From Octopus sinensis (lineage: Eukaryota), in assembly GCF_006345805.1 (NCBI RefSeq), contig NC_043015.1, forward strand, positions 41,788,001 through 41,852,000: 64,000 bases of DNA. The letters run 5' to 3'. The position numbers and the translations under genes are program-made. Shown piece after piece: positions 37,140 to 50,700 of this stretch (within the stretch, counting starts at the first letter, position 1; each line of letters opens with the position of its first letter). The notes under the pieces are model-generated. The model did not search any database, was not told the origin of the DNA, and saw only the letters and a list, made by a program, of their open reading frames with translations.

Positions 37140-37887
37140 GCGTATATATGTGTACTCACACACACACACACGCATATACTCAATGTATGTATGTATATAT
37201 ATAAATACACATGTAGTTATATAAGTATGTATGTATTATCTATCTCATAAATCTGCTTTTGGTGAGTATTTTTTTGCTCTGTGTATCTCAGTGTGCGTAT
37301 AAATACATATGTGTGTGCGTGTGTGTCCGTGTGTGTGTGTGTGTGGATCGTTATACGTGTGTTTTGATGCAGCTAAAGATATGAATTTTAATCTTTAGTC
37401 TTTGAATAATATCACACAAGATAGAATAAATTATAATTGAATATCTCTATATTTATATCTCCGTCTCTATATTTATAATCATATCCGTATATTTATATCT
37501 CCATCTATGTTTCTATCGGCATCAATATCAATTCATCCTTTTTAGTTCTCTTCCCCTTTCGCCATCGCTTTTTAGCCTATATAGGAATGTATATATTCTT
37601 TTGATTCGTCTAATCGTTGCAATCATTAAACTGATGCCATCCTGGGGCACCGCCTTAAAGGGCAAAATTGATTATATCGACCCCTAGTACTTTGTTTAAT
37701 AATTGTAGTATCGATCTTGATAAAAAGCTAGAGGGAAGTCTCTGGCGTAGACAGACGTTCAAGTTTGCCTACGATATACATATAAATGTATATATGTATT
37801 TATGTATGTATGTCTATATATACATAAATACATACATACATATACATATACATATACATATATATATATATAGATAGATATATATAT

Positions 37888-37976
<89 letters not shown>

Positions 37977-38110
37977 TAAAATACATATGTATACGTATGA
38001 AACAGAATCAAACACCGGCAAGATTTGTGGCGGTCTGCGTTAGCAAGGAATATATTTGTACTCAGAGCATTAAGACATAGTTCAAATTCTGCCGACGTGG
38101 ACTTTAGCTC

Positions 38111-38485
38111 ACCGGGCGAAATGCTTAGCGGTATTTCGTCTGTCTTTGCGTTCTGAGTTCAAATTCCGCCGAGGTCGACTTTGCCTTTCATCCTTTCGGG
38201 GTCGATAAATTAAGCACCAGTTACGCACTGGGGTCGATGTAATCGACTTAATACCTATGTCTGTCCTTGTTTGTCCCCTCTATGTTTAGCCCCTTGTGGG
38301 TAATAAAGAAATAGAAATAGGTATTTCGTCTGTCTTTGCGTTCTGAGTTCAAATGTCACCGTGGTCGACTTTGCCTTTCATCCTTTCAAGATCAATAAAT
38401 TAAGTACCAGTTGCGTACTGGGGTCGATCTAATCGACTGCCCCCATCTCCAAAAATGTCGGGCCTTGTGTCTAGAGAAGAAAAGA
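38111..38485 (+). mobile_element. SINE B1 joined at GGTATTTC to a B2-tailed unit
   Basis: ...AAAGAAATAGAAATA|GGTATTTCGTCTG junction at about 38320. Confidence 0.85.
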
Positions 38486-39149
38486 AAAAATTAAATATTG
38501 CAATACAAATGTATTACTTTCCAGATGAATTTATTTTTAGGTTCGCTGCCTGAACACAGCTTTGCTAGAATATATACAGTGAAGCTTTACTATAGCGTCG
38601 TAAAATTATCGACTGCTATATCCAGTAAACTTTGGTACCTTGTTGCACCACTATTCTGTATATACATATATATATATATATATAATATATTGTGTTACAC
38701 TAACTAGCGATGCACGGTATTAGAATTTTCAGCTCGATTTATATATAACAAACAACTCTATAACGTTGTTAGACTATCTACAGAAGTGGAGTTCGGACCG
38801 GTAGGTTGTATTAGCATTGAGTCTTATTAGCTGTAATAATGAAGCCGAACCAAGTAGTGATATTTTGAAAGCATTTGATATGACTGTTTCAGGTCCGACT
38901 AATATATAATTGGAAGTGCATCAGTTACTAAAGAAGGTTTACGTCATATATGCAAGTCTACAATGCATTCTGTCTGATCTGCCAATCTACCTCATATCTT
39001 GTTCCTTTAATAATATGTAATAATGCATAATAGTACGAAATGTAAGGAATACATTTATAAATAATCAAGCAGTGGTTTGCTTCGATGTGAAAAGCAAACG
39101 ATATGGTTACAATTCAAGATTTATCTTGCAAGATCTTCATCAGTGAAAG

Positions 39150-39386
39150 AAACTTTTCTACTCTCGGCACAAAGCCCGAAATTGCGGAGGAGAGGGCAAG
39201 TCGATTAGATCGACTCCATATGCTTAATCGACTTAATCGACTTAATCGACTTAATTCATTGACCCCGAAAGGATAAAAGGCAAAGTTGACTTCGGCGGAA
39301 TTTGAACTCAGAACGTAGCGGCAGACGAAATTCCCTCAAAGCATTTGACTCGGAGTGCTAACGTTTCTGCCAGATCGCCGCCTTTC
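39150..39386 (-). mobile_element. SINE family B2
   Basis: Reverse complement with the B2 tail and an internal (CTTAATCGA)n expansion. Confidence 0.75.
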
Positions 39387-41203
39387 ATCTGTGAAAGGAT
39401 GTTGGTGTTCTGTCGTATTAAAAAATGCAGACGGAGTCAAATTAGTCTGTCTAATTTGCCTTTCAGTAGATGCGCGGCCATCGCAGATAAATTCATTCGT
39501 AATGTACAGCATATTTGTTGATAATCTGAAATGCAAGTTATACATTTTTTGTGAAGGCGGGAGTCAACTCGTCATAGAATCGCCGGGAAGCTGTCATTAT
39601 GTACGGAGTGTCTTGGATGTTTTAAATCTGGCAGAAACCATCCGTTCCAGATATATACATGTCAGATTCCTTCCGGGGAGATAATGAGAAAGAGGAAGCG
39701 TAAGTGAAAGGGAGAGAGAAAAGAAGTATCCTTATTAAGCGGCATCGTGTTACATATTTTATTTCTCATTTTTCGTAAAATATAAAGAATTTAGAATTAG
39801 ATTTGAATTAAAAATTGTCCTTATTTGGCACGTGATTTGATCCGAGACCCTGTTTGAAACAAGCAATAACAGCATCGAAGACAGATTTTTAACTACACAA
39901 AAGCTGTCGACTTCACTTAATACTTTATTTTATTTCTTTTTGAAAATTTTCGCCCCACTATCTGTGACCTGGTCACTGATACTATTCTGCCGGAAATACA
40001 TAAAGAATTTAAACCAAATAAAAATGTACTGCAATATTTTTATCATAGAATATACTGCAGTGTTTTTCATGAAAAATCTGAAAAAAATCTCTCAGCCAAA
40101 AGAGGAATTGATTCTTCGTGCTTTCTACAATTTACCAATATTCTATCTTTCTACTTCAACTTTGATCCCGTTCCTATTAAGCTATTTACTTTTTCCATTT
40201 CTTATCGAGTTGCTGCGAATAGTCCGGGAAATATACGAGACCACATTCATGGAACGATATCAATAAATTTCTCGATCGGTGAGGTCAATGTTATCAATTT
40301 GAACTGCTGACAACAAAGACATCACATTTAAGTAAACCTAATGTTGTTCATATACTCATGTTGTTGTTGTTGCTGTTGTTGTTTTTTGGGGGGTGTTTTG
40401 AACTATCTATTTTGCGAGAATTTCAATCACTAGATTTAACATTTCCATTATGGCCGCCGAAGCCAGGGTTAATTAAATTATCAGTCGAAAGTTCTGGATG
40501 TTGTATCGAGCGTTATATTAACCTCTGTGTGTTGGGATATCAATTATAAAGACATTATATATTGTTATTAATATAGGTTTTATATGCGCTTCTTTTTTCT
40601 TTTCTTTTTTTTTTTTTTGTATGTATGAGAACGAATCATAGAAAGGGGAATTCTACGGAAGACAGTTCTTTTATCCAGAAATGGTCTCTTTTATGCTCTC
40701 ATTTTGTGTTACGTATGTTGCAATACACGGTATATGCTACTAAATCACACTCGCTCGCGAGTGACGGCAGTCTATTCTATTGCACAATATATATATATAT
40801 ATGTGTGTGTATGTATGTGTGTGTACGTATGTATGTATATATACATTTATTTATTTATATATATATGTATCACATAAATCTCGTAGATTATGTCGGTTCC
40901 AAATTTTGGCACAACGCCAGGAATTTTGCGGGGAGGGGTAAGTTGATAACATCGACTCCAATATTCAACTAATACATATTTTATCGACCCGGAAAGGATG
41001 AAAGACAAAGTCTGGCGTGCTAACCATTCTGCTAGTTTGTCGCATTAGGAAAACAAATAATATTAATGTTAGTTCACAATGAGGTAAAGCAAATGTTATA
41101 TCATTTTCGTAATAGCATTCAGAAAAAGATGCCTTCGGCACATTTGGTGTAGTGTTTTGGTGGAAATATATATATATATATATATGATATATATATATAC
41201 TAT

Positions 41204-41238
<35 letters not shown>

Positions 41239-41241
41239 ATT

Positions 41242-41465
41242 AAAATGAGGGTGTCTGAAGAAACACCACCATGGCGAAATAGCAGTCGAAACTCTGACTA
41301 TAAAAACCACGTTAAGTGTTCATATCGTACCATGAGATAACTTTTGCTTGTTTATTTGTCCCTCGGTCTTATCTCATGATACGATATGAACACTTAACGT
41401 GGTTTTTATAGTCAGAGTTTCGACTGCTATTTCGGCATGGTGGTGTCTCTCAGACCCCTCATTTT
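41242..41465. repeat. Near-perfect palindrome, about 98-bp arms and 28-nt loop
   Basis: 41242-41340 is the reverse complement of 41369-41465 with a few substitutions and indels. Confidence 0.9.
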
Positions 41466-41559
41466 TAATTGTAAAAATTATTACCTTGTACGGTATTTTT
41501 TTCCCATGCTGGCCACTTCATATATATCGATATTTAATATCGATATTATCCTCATTTAT

Positions 41560-41659
41560 NNNNNNNNNNNNNNNNNNNNNNNNNNNNNNNNNNNNNNNNN
41601 NNNNNNNNNNNNNNNNNNNNNNNNNNNNNNNNNNNNNNNNNNNNNNNNNNNNNNNNNNN
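41560..41659. other. Assembly gap (100 N)
   Basis: Run of N. Confidence 1.
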
Positions 41660-41676
41660 TGTGTGTGTATATATCT

Positions 41677-41869
41677 AGGCGCAGGAGTGGCTCTGTGGTA
41701 AGTAGCTTGCTTACCAACCACTTGGTACCGGGTTCAGTCACACTGCGTGGCACCTTGGGCATGGCTCTTTAAATAGCCTCGGGCCGACCAAAGCCTTGTG
41801 AGTGGATTTGGTAGACGGAAACTGAAAGAAGCCCGTCGTAAATATATATATATATTATATATATAATAT

Positions 41870-41900
<31 letters not shown>

Positions 41901-42180
41901 GTCGTATATATTATATACATATATATATATGTGTCGTATATATATATATATATATGTATGGTGTGTGTGTTTGTATACGTTTGTGTGCCTGTGTTTGTCC
42001 ATCAACATCGATTGTTGGTGTGTTTACGTCCCCCGTAAATTAGCAGCAAAAGACACCGATAGAATAAGTACTAGGCTTACAAAAATAGGTCCTGGGGTCC
42101 ATTTCTTCGACTAAAGGCGGTGCTCCAGCATGGCCGCAGTCAAATGCCTGAAGCAAGGAAATGAATCGAAGAGTAAAAGA
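41677..42180 (+). mobile_element. Full-length SINE family A with expanded internal (TA)n
   Basis: Head, body, long microsatellite and tail. Confidence 0.88.
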
Positions 42181-42227
42181 ATGTATACAACACACACACA
42201 CACACACACACACGCACGCACACACAC

Positions 42228-42261
<34 letters not shown>

Positions 42262-42265
42262 TATA

Positions 42266-43440
42266 TAAGGTCATGACGAAATTTCTGGTCTGTTTTTACA
42301 TTGAAACTGTTCAACTTCTCATTTCTATCGGAAATAGAACGAAATTCTTAATTAATCATTCTCTTTCATTAAATTTTCAGATTTTCTCTATTTCATCATA
42401 ATTGAAATTGGTGTATTGGTCTCTTGTTTTCTCCAAGCAAAGAACATATTTCGTCACGTTATTCTTTATGAATTTCAAAGCGGGAATAATGCAAATGAAC
42501 CAGCAAAATCACTCCAAAACGCGTATAGTGATGCTGTAGTGAGTGTAAAACATGCAGAAGATGGTTTTCATGAAGCAGAAAAGGGGCCTACAGCCTGCAG
42601 GATAAATTAAGAGAAGGCACCCAAGAGCGTTGGATCCTGATGTATTGGAACCTACCGTTGTATCAAAACCGACTTTTACAGTTCGGGAACTAAGCAGGAG
42701 CTTCAAAATAAGCCAAGCCACCAAAACGATAAACGTCGCTCTTTTCAAGCCTAGCCAGACTCATGGGCCCCATTTCCCGGTTTCTGTGGCGTATGCGTTT
42801 CCCCACCAGCTGGATGGGACGCCAGTCCATCGCAGCGTTAATCAAGAAACAGGAAGAGAGAGAGAAAGTCTGGGCGAAAGTGTACAACAGGGGTCGCCAC
42901 CACACCCTGCCGGAGCTTCCTGGAGCTTTTAGGTGTTTTCGCTCAATAAGCACACACAACATCCGGTTTGGGAATCGAAACCACGATCCTCCGACCGCGA
43001 GTCCGCTGCCCTAACCACTGGGCCATTGCGCCTCAAAATCACGAAAGGGCTTGGTAAAGTTTGAAAGTCTGGAAAATGGATCCCACATGGTCTCTGTGCA
43101 GACAATCGTAAACAATGTGTCGATACTGTGCATCATTGCGACCACGTGACTGCATATGCTTTTTTTCATTAATAGTCATTATTGGAGGTGAATAATTGAT
43201 ACTTTAACAAAACGTTAGGAGAAAATGTCCGCGGCTTAGTCATGGTAAAGAGCCAGTTCTGTAGCCCAGAAATGACCTGTATCCTAGGAAAATTCTTCTG
43301 AGTGTATGGTGGGATATGCGCGGAATAATTTATCAAACGATGGTAGAAGATAATTAAATAATAACAGCTGATGTAAACTGCGAACCGCTAAGTTATTTGA
43401 AAGTAAATTCGCAGCAGAAATGCCCAGGAATGCCTATATA
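42266..43440 (+). mobile_element. Decayed mariner interrupted by a SINE
   Basis: RHVILYEFQSGNNA..., DPDVLEPTVVSKPTFTVRELSRSF, then after the SINE GKWIPH and KILLSVWWDMRGIIY. Confidence 0.8.
42722..43032 (-). mobile_element. Chimeric SINE: family D head with family C-type tail
   Basis: Head GAGGCGCAATGGCCCAGTGG matches 61458. The tail GCGATGGACTGGCGTCCCATCCAG...AAACCGGGAAA matches 560-650. Confidence 0.8.
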
Positions 43441-43593
43441 CATATTGTGCCGTGAATAGCTGGAGCTTACTGGATTTCGAAGCCATGTTAGATATTTGGC
43501 CTTACCATTTGTAGATTATTTCCATAACAAATGTGTTATACCTTGCTACATACATCGACATACACAATCTCTCTCTCCCTCCCCTCCCCCCTC

Positions 43594-43647
<54 letters not shown>

Positions 43648-44217
43648 AATCCCCTTCCTTCTTTCACCACTCTCTTTCTTTCTTTCTCACGCACACACCA
43701 AACACGCGTTCAAAAACATTTGAATGATATGTCTGCCGCAGTAGCATATTATATAATATTAGATAATACATCAGTACGCAATTGTATTTCAACTCTACCC
43801 GCATCATTCTTAGTGCCAGAAATGGGAAAACAAATTAACCTCAAATTAACCTCGGTATTCATTCCGGTAACTTAAAGAACTTCAGAGGCTGTGTCGGTTT
43901 GCATCACTTGATAACGGTCGTCGCCTACCATTGCCTAATAACATTATTCAGAACAAAAAAAAAAGAAAGAAAGAAAAATAGTTTATGATATTAGCTAATA
44001 TTATTACGTAATATCTTTGGTTTAGTAATTCCTCCTCCGTACCTACTTTTATTTCCTGCCTCCCAGGCTTTAATTAGCAGACAGAGATATCTCCTCGGAC
44101 CTTACAAGCTCTGTGGCAACCATCTTTTCGTGAAGGATGCGATAATTACGTTTGAAAGGGAATGCCAAAGAATTATTCTTATATTCCTGAACAATATCAT
44201 TGTTTTGCATATAATAT

Positions 44218-44250
<33 letters not shown>

Positions 44251-44364
44251 GAATGAGACCAAGAGGGAAAGAGAATGAGTTAAAAAAAAGGAGATAATGA
44301 TTGTTGTCGTGAACGTGTGAGAGAAGGGAAGCACCTAGGGGGCAAGGACACATGAGGTATTTAG

Positions 44365-44860
44365 AGATCATTTCCGTGGGGCACCTGCGTGCGGAGAGGA
44401 TATAGCGACCAGGGTTGTTGGGCTTGTGAATTTTAGGAAGGAAGTAAATAGTGGGGGTGCGTGGGGTGCGGGTAGTGAGGTTGGAGCTGGTAGAAGGGAG
44501 ACGCGAGGAGGAATGACTTAATGAATAGAGGAGGGTACAGTCTGTTGGTAGTTAGACGTGGGGTTGGTGAGCAGAAGAGCAATAGAGGGAAGTGCATTAA
44601 AGTAGACGAAGAGCTTCAGCCTTGTAAAAGTCTGAGCACCACATCACTAATCACTTCAATCCGACCTTTGTCGACCGGTTTGATGACGATATCCTTGAGG
44701 CGTCGGAGACATCGAAGGGACCGAGGGCTCGGACGGGAAGATGTTGAAATGTTGGGGACGCCTGTAAAAGTTAAACCGGTCCACAACAAGTTGGCAGATG
44801 CTTGCAGATCGATCAACTGCTCGGAACTAGGCAGGAGCTGGCGTCCATTCTATTCGAATT
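44365..44860 (-). mobile_element. Penelope-like reverse transcriptase N-terminal fragment
   Basis: DIVIKPVDKG and PTIYFLPKIHKPNNPGR...CPTEMISKYL. Confidence 0.85.
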
Positions 44861-45019
44861 TTAAAAGAACTAAAAAAAAAATAATTGTGAACTTACAAGT
44901 TTTTCATTTAAACTGAATTTAAAATAATACCATATTGGTAGGGTATTAATCAATGATTTATTATTATCGCTCTCTTCTGATTTGGGCCGCAGACCCAATT
45001 AAAGGCTTTTAAGCTAGTA

Positions 45020-45238
45020 TGTATTTCACTACTGCCCACAAGGGGCTAAACACAGAGGGGACAAACGGATTATGTCGATTACATCGACCCCAGGGCGTAA
45101 CTGGTACTTAATTTATCGACCCCGAAAGGATGAAAGGCGAAGTCGACCTCGGCGGAATTTGAACTCAGAACGTAACGACAGACGAAATACGGCTACGCAT
45201 TTCGCCCGGCGTGCTAACGAGTCTGCCAGCTCGCCGCT
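45020..45238 (-). mobile_element. SINE family B1 with TSD TTTTAAGCTAGTATGT
   Basis: Direct repeat present on both flanks. Confidence 0.88.
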
Positions 45239-45633
45239 AGTATTTTAAGCTAGTATGTGTGTGTGCATGCGTACGCGCAGTGTGTATTTGATGGGTTGTA
45301 TATGTGCTGCTTGTGTGCGCGTGTTTGCGTGTATGTGTGTACTCAATTCTTTGTAGTACTTACTAAGAGCTGCGTGGAATTAGTCGATCATAACTACAGT
45401 TATTAGCCTTGAATACATTAAGCTGTGATGATGGGGTGTCACCGTCTGTCTGCTTTCTCATTTCAACGAGAAATTTTTGCGAAGGTGGAACGTGGGACGC
45501 CAAATCGATTACGGACAGTATTACACTACCAGCACATTGTCCGACACTCGGTTTTAAGAAGGCAACATGCGTTCTTTTGATATTTAAGTGTATTTTTTTT
45601 TCTGTTTGAGATGGGCGGAGGTATGATAGAGGG

Positions 45634-45862
45634 TGGAGAGCTGGCAGAAACGTTAGCACGTCGGGCGAAATGCTTAGCGGTATTTCGTCTGCCGTTACGT
45701 TGTGAGTTCAAATTCCGCCGAGGTCGACTTTACCTTTCATCCTTTCAGGATCGATAAATTAAGTACCAGTTACGCACTGGGGTCGATGTAATCGACTTAA
45801 TACCTATGTCTGTCCTTGTTTGTCCCTTCTATGTTTAGCCCCTTGTGGGTAATAAAGAAATA
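45634..45862 (+). mobile_element. SINE family B1 with 14-15-bp TSD (A)GGTATGATAGAGGG
   Basis: Repeat at 45619-45633 and 45862-45876. Confidence 0.9.
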
Positions 45863-46731
45863 GGTATGATAGAGGGCAGGATTCAACTATTGTGTGGTAA
45901 CGGAAAGAAAAGCGAGAATGAAAATCGATACTGATATAAAAATGCAATTACCCTTATACTCAATTAGCGAACCATTGGTGACCCGAAGTTATGCCAGAGT
46001 CGAGTTTCTATGTTTTCACCACTCAAGAAGACGTCAATGTCAAGTCTCTTCGCACACAACTGCCCTGTTGACATATCTACCATTTGGTTAACATAACTCT
46101 CAGAAACTCAAAACACCGCGAAGTAAAATTCTTCTTTCGGTTTGTATAGTTCTGATACCGAAGCACGAAGACTAGAAGTCAGGTTGTCGAGCTCACGATG
46201 GCATAGAATGCTAGTTCTTCTATACCTGTATTACGCATGAGCTAGATTTCTTTACCTGTATTAGTTTGTAAAACGTATAATATATAGTACAGACATCTAA
46301 AATAATTTATTATACACCGAAATATATTATTTTTCCATGACATTGGCTGCGAAACGATCGTAGACTTTTGGATATCAACTGGTGAAATAAAATTATTCCT
46401 CTTATGCCTTCTAAATTCCTTTTTACTCTGTAAACTCCCCATTAAATAATCATTACGGATTAGATTATCGGGGTTTGAACTACATAGGGTTCTACATTAT
46501 ACTCCTATTGATTTGTTTTTCTGTATGGCTCGAAAGCCTGGTTCACTGATGAAGCATCTATGCGAGGAGCAGCGGATTAGATGCATCGTGCATTAAATAT
46601 GTATACAGATATACATACATACATACGTATATATATAGATATAATATATATATATATATATATGATATACTACCCTTGGGGGTAGTAAAGAAATATATAT
46701 GAAATATATATATATACACACACACACATAT

Positions 46732-46776
<45 letters not shown>

Positions 46777-47051
46777 TATGCATATTGCGTGTGTATGTGC
46801 TTGTCCCACTAACAACTTAGCTTCACAAGTGATGGTGGTGTATTTACGTCCCCGTAACTAAGCGGTTCGGCAAAAGATATCTATACAATAACTACTAGGC
46901 TTAAAAAGAATAAGTACTGGGTTCCATTCATTCGAATAAAAATTCTTAGAAGTGGTGCCAATATATATACGTATTGATGGATATATGCACACGTTACACA
47001 CATATGTATAGATATATATGTGAGTGTGCGTGTGTTCTTATAAATATACTA

Positions 47052-47452
47052 TTTTACACTTTAACTTGTTTCAGTCATTTGACTGCGGCCATGGAGCACC
47101 GCCTTTAGTCGAGCAAATCGACCCCAGGACTTATTCTTTGTAAGCCTAGTACTTATTCTATCGGTCTCTTTTGCCGAACCACCTAAGTTACGGGGACGTA
47201 AACACACCAGCATCGGTTGTCAAGCGATGCTAGGGGGACAAACACAGACATACAAACATACATGCACACATATATATATACATATATACGACGGGCTTCT
47301 TTCAGTTTCTGTCTACCAAAGCCACTCACAACGCTTTGGTCGGCCCGAGTCTATAGTAGAAGACACTTGCCCAATGTGCCACGCAGTGGGACTGAACACG
47401 GAACCATGTGGTTTGTAAGCAAGCTACTTACCACACAGCCACTCCTATGCCT
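47052..47452 (-). mobile_element. Full-length SINE family A
   Basis: Reverse complement of the complete element. Confidence 0.9.
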
Positions 47453-47502
47453 ATATATATATATATATATATATAGATATATATATATATATATATAATA
47501 TA

Positions 47503-47610
<108 letters not shown>

Positions 47611-48453
47611 TTATACTTTTATATAGTACGTTTATCTAAATGAAAAGAAGCTAAGTGAAAGATATAGACACACACATACAGACGCATGCACACACACACA
47701 CACACGCACAGACGCATGCATACGCGCGCACACACACACACACACAGATATACAAGGATACATAGACACATATATAAATACATACAATAATATATGTATA
47801 TGTATATATATATTTATAGATAGATAGGTATATATGCGTGTGTATATTCATATATATAATCAGAGTGATGGAGAAAGTGTGTGTGTGTGTGTAACAGAAA
47901 TATGCATTGACATATTTCTATTGAAAATGTAAGCCAGGTGTTGGATATACACAAGTATTCGCGCGCGCAGATGTGCATTTGTATATAATCTATGTACACA
48001 TGTATATATTTATGTATGTATGTATGTATGTATGTATGTATGTATCAATCTCTCTGTATGTGTACGTCTATGTATATATATATATATGCGTCTATGTATC
48101 TATCTATCAATCAACGAATACTAATAAAAAATATATTTGCAAAGAAAGAAATCGAATCTGAAATAACACGATAGAATGTATCGATAAAAGGAACCTTTAA
48201 CGCAGATCCATACTGCAAGCCATAGAAAGCGGTAGTGACAGCTAGATCAGTTTATTCATTAAGCACTGGCACGCTATTATAATACAGCGCGTTGTAGTTA
48301 ATATTCAGTGTTCAGCTCAGACATGATCATGATGTTTTTTGTCTATCTAGCTGTCTGTCTGCCTGTCTAACTGTCAGTCTGTCTGTCTACCTATGTTTCC
48401 TCTCTTTGTCTTTATTCTCTCCATTACTCTATCCCTTCTATATGCATACACAC

Positions 48454-48499
<46 letters not shown>

Positions 48500-48571
48500 A
48501 TGTATGTGTGTGTGTGTTGTGGTGTGTGTGTGTGTATAAACATATATATATATACATATATATACATATAT

Positions 48572-48790
48572 TAAGGCGGCGAGCTGGTAGAAACGTTAGC
48601 ACGCCGGGCGAAATTCGTCTGTCGTTACGTTCCGAGTTCAAATTCCGCCGAGGTCGACTTTGCCTTTCATCCTTTCGGGGTCGATAAATTAAGTACCAGT
48701 TACGCTGGGGTCGATGTAGTCGACTTAATCCCTTTGTATGTCCTTGTTTGTCCCCTCTGTGTTTAGCCCCTTGTGGGTAGTAAAGAAATA
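48572..48790 (+). mobile_element. SINE family B1
   Basis: Matches the consensus. Confidence 0.9.
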
Positions 48791-49256
48791 TATATATATA
48801 TACATAAACAATCAAGGGTAAAAATTACAGGGTAAATGTTTTTTAAATTTTCTCCTGTTTACGGAATTGACTTTTATTTGCGGTTGAAGCTTTGGCTGTT
48901 ATTTCTAGTGGGTGAATGGCCTATTATGGCCGTTCCTTGATTGTTGATGTTGAACTTAAAAATGGTCTATGACTATTTAATTTTTTCCCACTAGGCCGCT
49001 GGTGGCAAAAAAATTCTACAAAATTTTTTTTTGCCACCCTATATTGATTAATTATATATATATACATATATATATAGATTGATAGATAGATAGATATACA
49101 TCTATATATACATATATATATATGTTTATATATATATATATATATATACATACATATATATATAATAAATAAATGTATATATACATATGCATACATACAA
49201 ATATATATATACATAAATTTATGTGTGGTGTGTGTGTGTGTGTGTGTGTGTGTGTA

Positions 49257-49335
49257 CAGGGTGCAGTGAACAAATTGTCGTCTAAACTACGCAAAACCTG
49301 ATTGCCAAGTCCCCATTTCAAGGTACGCGTTTGCA
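49257..49335 (+). mobile_element. maT/Tc1-like left end (TIR)
   Basis: TA-CAGGGTGCAGTGAACAAATTG matches the reverse complement of the TIR at about 1450-1478. Confidence 0.7.
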
Positions 49336-49339
49336 ATCC

Positions 49340-49735
49340 AGGAACAGGAAATATCAACCAAATACCTGATACCCAAAAGGGACAGAGACACAGGAAAAAA
49401 CAGCAAAATGTGATAACCAATGCAGACTTTGTGGAGTTGACACTGAAGATATCACCCACTTCATAAGCATTTGTCCGACAATGTCATCACGGTATTATCT
49501 ACCGACGAAACATTTTGTTGTAGGTAGGACACCATATAATGAGATCCGTCGAAAGGATAACCCCAAGGAAAAAGAAAAAAGAATCCACGGTATGATAGAA
49601 GCCATAGCCACTCATAATAAAAAGGATTAGTGGTGGAATGTCCCAGTGAAAAGCCCAGTAAAATGTAACCATAAAAAACCTGACATAGTGATCTGGGATG
49701 GAGAAAAGAAACTGTGTATAGTTGTGGACATACAC
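49340..49735 (+). mobile_element. R4/Dong-type LINE fragment (QEQ motif, CCHC knuckle, RLE start)
   Basis: QEQEISTKYL, CRLCGVDTEDITHFISICP, and KPDIVIWDGEKKLCIVVDI. Confidence 0.85.
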
Positions 49736-50642
49736 AACCAGCCCTCCACTCACGCAGAGGAGGGTACCTGATAAAGAGGGTACGAGGGGCCACTGCAAAT
49801 TGGTTGGAATATATTTATTTCTTTATTACTCACAGGGGCCTAAAGATAGAGGGGAGAAACAATGACAGACAAAGGGATTAAGTCGATCACATCGATCTCA
49901 GTGCGTAACTGGTACTTATTTAATCGACACCGAACGGATGAAAGTCAAAGTCAACCTCGGCGGAATTTGGACTCAGTTATCATCTCGCTACTCTATGAGT
50001 CCTGGTGTGTGTAGTCCTATACTGATGGTAATGTGTGAGTGGCAGGGGGGAAAGGCTGGCGCGGCAGAGTTTATGACCTTCGCCAAAAAGAAATAATTTA
50101 CTCGTTTTCTTTTAAAACTTAACCATTGTCTTGGAAATATTCAACCTGAAATACGTAACTGAATACATGTAACTTTACAAAGTACCGTGACCCATTCATA
50201 GTCTCAAAGTGGCTTTTAATAGCTGCTTATCACAAAAGTTTTTAGTCATAATTAATCTTATAATAAACTTGTTCCAAAATGTCTGTATATATACAGGTAT
50301 GTATGCATGAATGCATGTATGTATAAATAGGTATATATGAGTGCGTGTGGGCGCGAATGTGTATGTGTTTGTATACATGTGCTCGTAATGAGAGAGAAAG
50401 AGAGAAAAAAGTAAGAGAGCGGACGGGTGTGAGTGTGTTGCAGATTCTGTCTTTTAGAAATATTGGTATTTGCTTCCAGTTTACTTGAGAAGTATTCCAT
50501 TAATAGTACACACACAAACACACAGAGACACTGACATAAATATATACGACAAACTATATGTGTGTATATATATATATATGTGTATGTATGTATGTATATA
50601 TGTATATATATATGTATGTATGTATATATATATATGTATGTG

Positions 50643-50700
<58 letters not shown>

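Noticed and set aside
39940-40266. 108-aa plus-strand ORF
   Set aside because: AT-driven F/I/L/K composition, TTG start, no splice signals, and no recognisable family.
44075-44200. Plus-strand YKLCGNHLF after a good acceptor, resembling the insulin B chain LCGSHL
   Set aside because: The next Cys is 17 residues away rather than 12, no donor follows, and it is on the opposite strand to the A-chain-like exon.
45526-45711. ACCLLKTECRTMCW, another CC..C..C motif
   Set aside because: The ORF starts inside a SINE B, and there is no acceptor or dibasic site before the motif.
46546-46590. CTGATGAAGCATCTA...TAGATGC hammerhead-like start
   Set aside because: The GAAA half of the core and stem III are missing; at most a decayed PLE remnant.
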